Made by a program: the position numbers and the translations under genes. This document shows, piece by piece, positions 16,251 to 25,000 of a stretch of 42,148 nt of DNA. Under the pieces are notes generated by a model. That model was not told the DNA's origin. It did no database searches and saw only the letters and a program-made list of their open reading frames with translations. Source of the stretch: a virus (lineage: Duplodnaviria > Caudoviricetes); the IMG/VR virus record IMGVR_UViG_3300032257_000037, positions 1-42,148 of that record, one strand, 5' to 3'. How positions within the stretch are numbered: the stretch's first letter is position 1; each line of letters starts with the position of its first letter.

Positions 16251-16853
16251 ATGACTAAGATGTGTACTAAGTGTAATGAAGATAAACCACTGTCTGAATA
16301 TTGCGTAAGAAAAGAAAGGGCTAGTGGTTATGCTTCACTATGTCGGGAGTGTGTAAGAAAGCTAGGCAAGGAGTATAGAAAAACAAAATCAGGTTTACTG
16401 AAAACACTTTACCATATGCAAGTTAGAAATAGTAAAGCAAGAGGACACGATAAGCCTTTGTATTCATCATCTGAATTTGTAAAAAAGTTTATAGATGACG
16501 ATATTTTTAATGAGCTTTATTCTAATTGGGTTGATTCTGATTATGATGTTTATTGTAGACCATCAGCAGATAGAATAGATAATGATAAAGGATATAGTTT
16601 TCAAAACATAAATATGGTTACTTGGGCTGAAAACAAGAATAATGGTTATGCAGACAAGAGAAGTGGAAAGATTCAAGATAAACATAAAGAAGTCGAGCAG
16701 TTAAGCTTAGATGGAAAGCTTATAGCTACATTTATTAGTATCAGAGAAGCTTGGAGGGTTACTGGAATTAGCCATAAGAACATATCTGCAGTTTGCAATA
16801 ACTATAAGAATAGAAAGATTGCAGGAGGCTTCAAATGGAAACACGCAAAATAA
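16251..16853 (+). CDS. HNH-type homing endonuclease with C-terminal NUMOD1-like domain
   Basis: CTKC...CREC; PSADRIDNDKGYSFQNINMVTWAEN; VEQLSLDGKLIATFISIREA...AGGFKWK. Confidence 0.85.
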   Translation: MTKMCTKCNEDKPLSEYCVRKERASGYASLCRECVRKLGKEYRKTKSGLLKTLYHMQVRNSKARGHDKPLYSSSEFVKKFIDDDIFNELYSNWVDSDYDVYCRPSADRIDNDKGYSFQNINMVTWAENKNNGYADKRSGKIQDKHKEVEQLSLDGKLIATFISIREAWRVTGISHKNISAVCNNYKNRKIAGGFKWKHAK

Positions 16854-16893
16854 GTAACCCTTATATCTTATTAGTACACATAAAGGAGATAGT

Positions 16894-17241
16894 ATGATTT
16901 TACCAAGTAAAGATTTGCTTAGTGAGGTGTTAGAATTCGAGGTAAGGGATGTTAAGCATCATGGTACTTCTATATTACATTTAAACCCATCTCAAAGAAG
17001 AGATAAACCATCCTCTTGTGTTGTATCGAAGCAGTACAACATCTACGAACTAATGCACCTAATGAAAGAATGGGCTGATGATTTATATGATAATTACAAA
17101 CTGATATCTTATCGTAACAACTTAAAAATTTGGATATGTGAAGATATTAGCGGTCAAACGGATACTATTTTTGAAGCTGATACAGAATTTGAAGCAGTAA
17201 CTAAAGCTTGTGAATTGGTTTTAGTACACAGTAAAGGATAG
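16894..17241 (+). CDS. Hypothetical phage protein
   Basis: 115 aa; AAGGAG RBS. Confidence 0.75.
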   Translation: MILPSKDLLSEVLEFEVRDVKHHGTSILHLNPSQRRDKPSSCVVSKQYNIYELMHLMKEWADDLYDNYKLISYRNNLKIWICEDISGQTDTIFEADTEFEAVTKACELVLVHSKG

Positions 17242-17244
17242 GTT

Positions 17245-17646
17245 ATGAGAGAGATTAAATTTAGAGCGTGGGAAACAATAGCAAAGTTTATGGCAACACA
17301 TGAAGACTTTATTGAAACAAAAATACCGTACTATCAAATGATACAAGCTGAGTCTTATATTCTAATGCAATATACAGGACTTTCAGATAAAGAAGGTGTA
17401 GAGATTTATGAGGGTGATATTTTAGCTTTATCAAACACCCCACCAAATAGGATGATTGTATCAGTTGTATTTGAAGATGCTTGTTTTGTTCTTAATGGAA
17501 CACAGACAGATTTTTATGGGAAAACGTGTTTAAATAAAGTTGCTCATGAAGATGAAGCTTATGAAGCATCGCATTACTGTGAAGTAATCGGTAACATGTA
17601 CGAAAACCCTGAGCTACTAAATGAAAACATTAAACAAGAGAGGTAA
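17245..17646 (+). CDS. YopX family protein (second copy)
   Basis: MREIKFRAW...LMQYTGLSDKEGVEIYEGDIL...VIGNMYENPELL. Confidence 0.9.
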   Translation: MREIKFRAWETIAKFMATHEDFIETKIPYYQMIQAESYILMQYTGLSDKEGVEIYEGDILALSNTPPNRMIVSVVFEDACFVLNGTQTDFYGKTCLNKVAHEDEAYEASHYCEVIGNMYENPELLNENIKQER

Positions 17647-17651
17647 CTAAG

Positions 17652-17957
17652 ATGGAACGAATTACAAGAGAATATTTATATACTGCATTAGCTGAATGTT
17701 CTACTAATACACTACACTATAAAAGTCATGGCATAAATAAAGTAACTGAAAGTCTTATCGACTACACAGAAAGCCTTGAAGCTAAAGTAAAAGAGCTAGA
17801 AGCCAAGTTGCAGTCAGTTAACTGTAGCACACTAAACATTGAGCTAACTCAAAAAGTAAAAGAGCTTGAAGCCGAACTAAGCAAAGCTAAAACTAATGTA
17901 GAATATTGGAAATTATCATTTAATAAGTTGAATACTATAAGAAAAGTAAAGGAGTAA
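17652..17957 (+). CDS. Coiled-coil hypothetical protein
   Basis: Repeated KVKELEA heptads. Confidence 0.7.
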   Translation: MERITREYLYTALAECSTNTLHYKSHGINKVTESLIDYTESLEAKVKELEAKLQSVNCSTLNIELTQKVKELEAELSKAKTNVEYWKLSFNKLNTIRKVKE

Positions 17958-17959
17958 CA

Positions 17960-18085
17960 ATGAAAACAGATACAAAAATATTTTTAATCTTATCAACAGC
18001 CTATGTATCTTTTATGGGTTTAGTAGTAGCGATTAGTGGGTGTTTAGCTTACTATGTGGCTAGAGGAGGATTTTTATGTCAGTAG
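17960..18085 (+). CDS. Small membrane protein, 41 aa
   Basis: Translated manually; AAGGAG RBS; hydrophobic core. Confidence 0.55.
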   Translation: MKTDTKIFLILSTAYVSFMGLVVAISGCLAYYVARGGFLCQ

Positions 18086-18222
18086 GCTCATATATAGCTA
18101 TAACAATAGGTGCTTATATTGTATTGCTAGTTTTTTCTTATCACTTAAAACGCAAGAGAGCAAAAAAGCGACATAAAGATAATGAGCATACCATAGACTT
18201 TAGTGGAGGGAGATTTTGGTAA
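18076..18222 (+). CDS. Small membrane protein with basic tail, 48 aa
   Basis: Translated manually; GGAGGA RBS; TM followed by KRKRAKKRHK. Confidence 0.55.
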   Translation: MSVGSYIAITIGAYIVLLVFSYHLKRKRAKKRHKDNEHTIDFSGGRFW

Positions 18223-18785
18223 CAGACAGAAGGAAGAAATTCTGTATTGAGTGTGAATCATACAGAGCCTACAACGCTTTCAGTGGCTCAAGTAATACTT
18301 GCAGAAGATGTGAGACAATTAAAATTGTAGAGTTATGGACTGAGCATGGTATTAAAACCATGAAAAAGTGTGTATCATGTCCTAAAGTTTTAAACATATG
18401 TACTGGATTTTATCGACAAGACAATGGGAATTACACAGCTAAATGTAAATCATGTATTAATGATGCAAACAAGGCTAGGCACAGAAAAAACAAAAACATC
18501 ATGAGATGTAATCGTGGTTTCGTGTTTAATGGTGAACGTATATGTAGAACTTGCGATAAAATAGCTACAGTAAAGCACTTTAGAGATACACGCATAGATT
18601 GTAGAGAGTGCCTAGGGTTACCTTATGTGGCTCTTACTAGGGCTAAAAAGAGAACAAAATATTTTTCATCAGAAAGAGTTGAGTTGCGTAGAGCCAATAG
18701 GGTTTCTAGAAAAATAAGACGTAGAACTGCTTTTTTAGATAGTTGGAATAAATATAAAAAAGGGATAGAAGATGACAAGATTTAA
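18216..18785 (+). CDS. Multi-CxxC zinc-finger basic protein
   Basis: Three repeats of paired CxxC motifs; Arg/Lys-rich C-terminus. Confidence 0.7.
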   Translation: MVTDRRKKFCIECESYRAYNAFSGSSNTCRRCETIKIVELWTEHGIKTMKKCVSCPKVLNICTGFYRQDNGNYTAKCKSCINDANKARHRKNKNIMRCNRGFVFNGERICRTCDKIATVKHFRDTRIDCRECLGLPYVALTRAKKRTKYFSSERVELRRANRVSRKIRRRTAFLDSWNKYKKGIEDDKI

Positions 18786-18933
18786 AAAGATACAGCACTG
18801 GAATATGGCAAGAGGTTTACTCGCTAAAGGGTTATTTGATGTTGATTATAGGATGAGATATGACAAGAGAGTTAATGATGCTCTGGATGCTATAAAGTGG
18901 AATGAGAAAATATTATATGAAAATGAATTTTAA
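18772..18933 (+). CDS. Hypothetical protein, 53 aa
   Basis: Translated manually (MTRFKKIQHWNMARGLL...); AAGGGA RBS. Confidence 0.5.
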   Translation: MTRFKKIQHWNMARGLLAKGLFDVDYRMRYDKRVNDALDAIKWNEKILYENEF

Positions 18934-18942
18934 GGAGAGTTA

Positions 18943-19497
18943 ATGTTTAAAAGCGTAAATGGTGGGAAACTACCAACTAGAGGAAGCAAGTATTCAGCCT
19001 GTGTTGATGTTTATGCGAATGAAGATGTAGTTGTAGGTGCAGGTGAAACAAAGCTTGTTAAATTGGGTATTGCTATTGATTTAGACTTTATTAAGCCTGA
19101 TTATATTTCTGAAATATTTTGTGATGATGGTGATGGGAACATGATATTTAGTGGGTATAATGAAGAAAGATATATAGATTTCCTATCATCTCACTATCTA
19201 CAGCTAATGCTAAGAAGCTCACTAGGCAAAGCAGGTCTTATCATGCCAAGTGGTGTCGGTGTAATTGATATGGATTATGCTGGTGAGATTATGATGCCTA
19301 TTCATAATCCAGTTACGGGAACGAAAGGCATAATTAATCCTGAAAACCTCATTGATGTAGTAGGAAATACTGAACATCACATAAAAAAAGGCGACCGCAT
19401 AGGTCAAATAACATTACTAGAACACAAAGCATATTTATTTGGTATTGACACAGAAGATAGGCGTACTGGTGGATTTGGTAGCACTGGAGATAAGTAA
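18943..19497 (+). CDS. dut: Trimeric dUTPase with two insertions
   Basis: SACVDVYA, LRSSLG, GVIDMDYAGEI, KGDRIGQ and RTGGFGSTG (motifs I-V). Confidence 0.92.
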   Translation: MFKSVNGGKLPTRGSKYSACVDVYANEDVVVGAGETKLVKLGIAIDLDFIKPDYISEIFCDDGDGNMIFSGYNEERYIDFLSSHYLQLMLRSSLGKAGLIMPSGVGVIDMDYAGEIMMPIHNPVTGTKGIINPENLIDVVGNTEHHIKKGDRIGQITLLEHKAYLFGIDTEDRRTGGFGSTGDK

Positions 19498-19570
19498 TGT
19501 GTACTTGTCATAATTGCGGAACTATGCAAACATCACAAGTAAATTTTTGGATGTGCAAAAAGGAGATAAA

Positions 19571-19768
19571 ATGAAAAATGAAATGCTATTTGGAAAAAAC
19601 TTTGAAGAAATATCAAATATTATTTCTATAATGGATGAGTATGATTTAGCTAATGACAGTGATTTGGCTGGAGCATTAGGAGATGAAACACCAGCTCTCG
19701 AATGGAAACATAGGGCTGAAAGAGCAGAGCTGAAATTAAGAAAAATAGAAAAGGAAGCTAAGTTATGA
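19571..19768 (+). CDS. Hypothetical protein (start 19571)
   Basis: AAGGAG RBS before ATG 19571, within ORF 19514..19768. Confidence 0.6.
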   Translation: MKNEMLFGKNFEEISNIISIMDEYDLANDSDLAGALGDETPALEWKHRAERAELKLRKIEKEAKL

Positions 19769-19833
19769 CAGCAACTAAACGTAAGAAGTTAAGAGAAAAA
19801 AGACGAAGAAGAAAGGAGATGTACGAACAATGA
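19765..19833 (+). CDS. 22-aa Arg/Lys-rich peptide
   Basis: MTATKRKKLREKRRRRKEMYEQ, with ATGA overlaps at both ends and an AAGGA RBS. Confidence 0.45.
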   Translation: MTATKRKKLREKRRRRKEMYEQ

Positions 19834-20117
19834 ATCAGTTACTTGCATCAGTTATATTATTATTAGTATTATTCTCAATTAGTGGAGCGTTATATGCAAA
19901 AGATAAGAGAGCATTTACTTACAATCAAAAAAATGCACTATGGATAAAGAGTAAAGGGAAGTGTGAAAAGTGTAAAGTTAATCTAGTTCCCTTTAAAGGT
20001 GAGCATAATTCTTTTGAGGCAGACCATAAACGACCATATAGTAAAGGTGGAAAGACTACCTTAAAAAATGGTCAAGCATTATGTAGAAGATGTAATAGGC
20101 GAAAGAGTAATAAGTAG
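19830..20117 (+). CDS. HNH endonuclease with N-terminal signal peptide or TM segment
   Basis: CEKC...EADHKRPYSKGGKTTLKNGQALCRRCNRRKS; N-terminus MNQLLASVILLLVLFSISGALYA. Confidence 0.85.
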   Translation: MNQLLASVILLLVLFSISGALYAKDKRAFTYNQKNALWIKSKGKCEKCKVNLVPFKGEHNSFEADHKRPYSKGGKTTLKNGQALCRRCNRRKSNK

Positions 20118-21848
20118 TTAAAACCTAGAGGAATAACTATATCCTCTATGGTATCCAAGTTCGCCAGTTAATTGATTATATACATCTTCTAAGTCTTTCT
20201 CTGATTCCCTCTCTAATATCTCATCTGCTAACACATTAAAACTCTCAACTAAAAACTCACACAATAATGCAAAAGCATCTAACCTATCATCATGTACTAA
20301 TGATTGTCTATCAGTTGTAATATGAGATAGTTGATAAGTAAAAGAATAGTTAATACCATTATTTCCATCACGCTCAAGCACAGATTTATCAAGTATAATC
20401 TTATGCTGGTTAAGTAGTGGCTCTATAGTGTTAATTATTCTTACTTCTTTTTGCCCTTTAGCTCTAACCTCATCCAACCCTATACCTAACTTCCTACTAT
20501 CCATTAAAGGCTCTAGAATCTGCGAGAACGCACCATCTCCAAAGTTGGACTCTATTACTATAGTTTGCACGTTATTGGCTTCTGCTATATCCAAAAGCTT
20601 ATTAATGGTGTCTTTATCGTATCCACCTTTTAAACCACCAACATCTCTTACAAATAACCTACCTAATGAAGTGAATCCAATAGCATAACCAAGTTCATCA
20701 GCACCCCTACCTTTAGGGTCAATCATCATAACTCTACGCTCATACTTTCTTGTTTCCTCAGAACGATATGATGGTTGAAACAACTTATCTTGCTTGAATC
20801 CATTATGCTTAATATATAAATGTTGGTCTGGCATAGATGAATAAGATATTTTATTTGGTGCTGTATCAATATCAATATTATCAATAATAAAATCAGCTAG
20901 TTTTAGGGGATATTTTAAATCATCACTAAGAGATGTATCAAGTAGGTACTGTAATCTATATTGTGATTTACCAATCCTTAGCTTCTTAGACTCTAATACC
21001 TCTTTAGGGAAACGCTCATCAACAGCAAGACCAGCAAGCGAGGGCATATCTCTAAGTTGTTTCTTTAAATATGGAGCAAGCATATCCCCATAGTATTCAT
21101 AAGTATCTGGATATTCTGCTGGTATAAGAAATGGTTTATGTCCTTTTTCAATCCATTCCATATAAATAGAATCCTGAGAGTGAGGTGTACATAGTGTAAT
21201 AGACTCATCTCTGTCTGCCATAAGTAAGTTAGCCGCCTCAGAAGCGTAATGGTCTATCTTCTCACGTTGTACAGCACTAGAGGCAGACTGAGCAGACTCA
21301 ATATCATCATATATAACTAGAGTAGCACGAAAACCAGCAATAGCATTCTCAACACCAACAGCATATACAGAGGGGGAATCAGAGATAATAGCACCAAGTA
21401 CATCAAATGAACGTGTAGAAGTTCTTTCTTTATTGTGTCTAGGTGTCATAGGTCTTAATACTGGTAGTGTTCTAATTAGCTTCTGACAAAATGCAGTAAA
21501 GTTTTCAGCACGTTTACCAGTAGCAGACATAACAAGGATATGCTCATCTAAATCATTTAATAATCTCCAAGTAACATATATCTGAGAGGTTAGCGATTTA
21601 GACATACCACGTAAACACATTAACATTCTGTGAGGATTTCTGGTGTCTGATACAAACTGAGCCATTTCAAGCTGGGCTCTGGATGGTGCTGGTAAACCTA
21701 GCCAAGCAAAAGCATATACATAAAATACTAGAAAGTTATCCATAAGCAGGGCATCATCCCAATACTTATCATCTGGTATTACATCACCCCACTCTTGTCT
21801 TGATACGAAATATTCTAAGTCATATTTACTTTTTGTTTCTACGTTCAT
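20118..21848 (-). CDS. terL: Terminase large subunit (T7 gp19-like)
   Basis: LGLPAPSRAQ, CLRGMSKS, DDIE, LCTPHSQDSIY, IDPKGRGADE, ESNFGDG and HDDRLDA motifs. Confidence 0.95.
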   Translation of the reverse strand: MNVETKSKYDLEYFVSRQEWGDVIPDDKYWDDALLMDNFLVFYVYAFAWLGLPAPSRAQLEMAQFVSDTRNPHRMLMCLRGMSKSLTSQIYVTWRLLNDLDEHILVMSATGKRAENFTAFCQKLIRTLPVLRPMTPRHNKERTSTRSFDVLGAIISDSPSVYAVGVENAIAGFRATLVIYDDIESAQSASSAVQREKIDHYASEAANLLMADRDESITLCTPHSQDSIYMEWIEKGHKPFLIPAEYPDTYEYYGDMLAPYLKKQLRDMPSLAGLAVDERFPKEVLESKKLRIGKSQYRLQYLLDTSLSDDLKYPLKLADFIIDNIDIDTAPNKISYSSMPDQHLYIKHNGFKQDKLFQPSYRSEETRKYERRVMMIDPKGRGADELGYAIGFTSLGRLFVRDVGGLKGGYDKDTINKLLDIAEANNVQTIVIESNFGDGAFSQILEPLMDSRKLGIGLDEVRAKGQKEVRIINTIEPLLNQHKIILDKSVLERDGNNGINYSFTYQLSHITTDRQSLVHDDRLDAFALLCEFLVESFNVLADEILERESEKDLEDVYNQLTGELGYHRGYSYSSRF

Positions 21849-22044
21849 TGGCTTCTCTCACTCTTTTTTTATTAGCATCTTCTTCTGTATCTTTTTCTCT
21901 CTCTAATACTTCTTCATTAGCTTTAACATACTGTATGGCTGTATTCATCATAGGTAGCAATTCAAAGGCTTCATTTTCAACAGCATTAAGCATAGCATCT
22001 AAAAGACTTTCATCTAGCTTTTTTACTTTTTCTCTTTTAGTCAC
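21826..22044 (-). CDS. Probable terminase small subunit
   Basis: 72 aa helical protein directly upstream of TerL; MNTAIQYVKAN resembles T7 gp18-type proteins. Confidence 0.6.
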   Translation of the reverse strand: MTKREKVKKLDESLLDAMLNAVENEAFELLPMMNTAIQYVKANEEVLEREKDTEEDANKKRVREANERRNKK

Positions 22045-25000
22045 CTAATACCCCCTCGGAATCAAACGAAGTCATTAATCCAGTTATATTATCAACCATT
22101 CCACCAACAGCATTATTAACTACTGTGTCACCAGTAATAAGACTTTTACCAACACCGATACCACCGAAGATAGGCATACTTGATATTGCTCTCATAGCGT
22201 GTTCTCTAGGCTCTACATCTTTTCCAGACAATTCAGCACGTAAAACAGAAGCTACATATCCACCAGCAAACCAAGCCATTTGTGATGTTAACCCAGCTAG
22301 GTCTTTATCTAACATAAGTCTAGTATCTGTTATGGCATGATTCTTTACAGCAGTTAGAGGAAATCCAAGCAGTGAGCCAATACTATTAGCAAAAGCAGAT
22401 TTTTTACTCCATAATTGGCTCATTCCTAATGCCGCTTCTTGAGCATATCTTTGTTGCATAGAGAACATAACGTGCTTGAATTCATCCTGAGCGTCCAAAT
22501 CCCATTTAGAATTGTCAAAATCCTTAACATTTCCATCTTTCGTTTTCTCTAATTTTCCCTTTAATAATTTAAAAGTTCTATCAGTAATACCAAACCTTTG
22601 TTTCATAACTGGCTTCAATGATTTTTCACCATCTAGTATCTGTCTTAATACATCTACGTTAGCGGTCATGTTAACTTGAGCAATCCAATCTGATACTCTA
22701 GGTAGTTGGAACGTCTTAAATGCAATATCTCTTAGTGTCCTAGTGCCAGCAACAAAAGAGCTTTTACTTCCCTCCATAGGGTTATTATCCATCATGAATC
22801 TACCAGTTTCATTGTGACGCTTCATAGATGTAGCAAATCCCATTGTTTTACTCATCTGCTTATATAAGAATGATTCCTTATCTTTACCAAATATAGAAGC
22901 TATAGAATTTAATGCCTCTTGTCTGGCTGTATTATTTACTGCAATTCTAGCTACAGTTTTTAATATCTCTGGTGCCATAGCTACACTAACTAAAGGCATA
23001 GCTGGTATCATAGCTAGATTTTTAGCACTTTCAATCATCTTTTCAGCAATAGTATTTCCATTATAAAGACTTCCACCAAACAATAATTTTACAACATTGT
23101 CTGCTTCATCTTTTAGTAATTCTGCATTTTTACCAGTTATACTATCAATACTAGCACGTACAGATGATAGGTTTTTATGCCCTGCAACTGCTAATCCAGA
23201 GTTTCCAGCCATTACTTTTATATACTTATCTGTAATAGATGATAAATCTCTCTCATATAAATCAGATAGTCCAAACTCTACATCTTTTCCATCTATCGTA
23301 AAGTGTAGATTCTCTCCCCATGCTTTCATATCCATAGATAATCTATCTTTTACCCTACTACTTTTAGCACCAAATTTATCTATGAAGTCATTTATTGAAT
23401 TTCTACTAACAGATTGTGCATCCATAGCATTAGCTAGAGCAGATATAGGGTCATCATCATCTATATATCTTGATGGTTTTCCATGCTCTATACCACTAAT
23501 ATATTCTTTGGCTGTCTTTAATGAATCTTCATAGCTAATTGGCTTTTCACGTACACCTTTTTGAATCATTACTGCAAGCTTTTCAGTTATATCATCAACA
23601 ACATCAGTCATATTATTATTTCTAAGACCAGCAAGTGTATCTCTAAACCCATGATTGATTGATTTCATAACATAATTATCTATCTTCTTTTCTGTTTTAA
23701 ACCCAGTAACACCTCTATCAATTAATAAATCAAACAGACTATCATTGATTTCTTTTACTTCTTTAGCGTAGGCGATAACTGCTGGCGAGTCACTAAGTTT
23801 CCCCTCCATATGCTCAGTTGCTTCAAAGTTAAATTTCTCTCTAAGGCTATTCTTCTCCATAGCATTACTATTAGCTCTGGCTTTGTGCATACCTTTTTCT
23901 TTCGCATATGCTAACCAGTTTTTATTTTCAGCCTGAGTTAGTTTGCTTGAATTTGAGAAAACAAGAGTATGAACTTCAACATCTGCTGTTAGTCCATCTG
24001 GTTTACTGGAATCAAATAACATTTTTTTCATGAATGAATCTGCGGTTGGATTACTTTTAAATACAGAACTAGCATCAGTCCAAGCCATGTTAGCCTCTCT
24101 TAATACATCTTCTGAGTGTTCGGCAATAGTTGTAGTTTCTGTCTTTCTTCTTGATACTGAAACTAATCCTACTGCTTTTCTTGAGAAACTTGATAGTGCC
24201 TCTTTAGCAGAACCATCTCTAACTTTAGGCATACCAAGCTTGTAACCACCAGCAAGTAAAGCCATAGCGAGGATAACATCTCTAACTGTATGCTCATCTC
24301 CATCAGAGTCAGTGAGTCCACCAGCCATAGCAAAAGTAGGTAGAATAGCTAACGCAAGTCCAAGAGGTATTATTTTATTATTTAACTTATGCTTCTTCCC
24401 CTCTTTATCAATAACTGATAATACCGCACCAGTTCCATCCTCTGTCCTGCTTATAGTAATTGGTGGCTCTCCAATAAACCTACCATTGTTATCTATTTTA
24501 AATTCAATATCATCTAGCTTTTTAATAAGGCTTTCTTCTATACCAATACCAGCCATACGTTTTTTTGCATATTTACTACCTACTTCAAATACAGATTTTA
24601 TTTCTGCCTTTAGCGTATCTCTATAATACTTTGGTAGCTTTACCCCAGCCTCAGATAACTCAGCCATATTTTTAATATCAGTTTTTAACTTGCTTATGTA
24701 ACCACTAACATTCTCTGAAATATCTTTCCAAATCATTAGAGATTTTTGTCTATTCATTAATTCTTTTTGCTTAATAAAATTAGGTCTAGTCTTATCCGCT
24801 TTAGCTTTCAGTTCCATAAAATCTTTCTCAGCACTTGCTTGTTTTCTTATTACTAATTCAACTTCCTCTTTGACTATCCTAGCATCTTTATCTTTTCTTA
24901 ATTGCTTAATAGTATCTTCTTTATCTCTTATGGCAGTCATTATTTCTGCTCTATTATCTTTTGTTTGTGTAGACTTTAGAGCATCAATATCATTTCTTTC

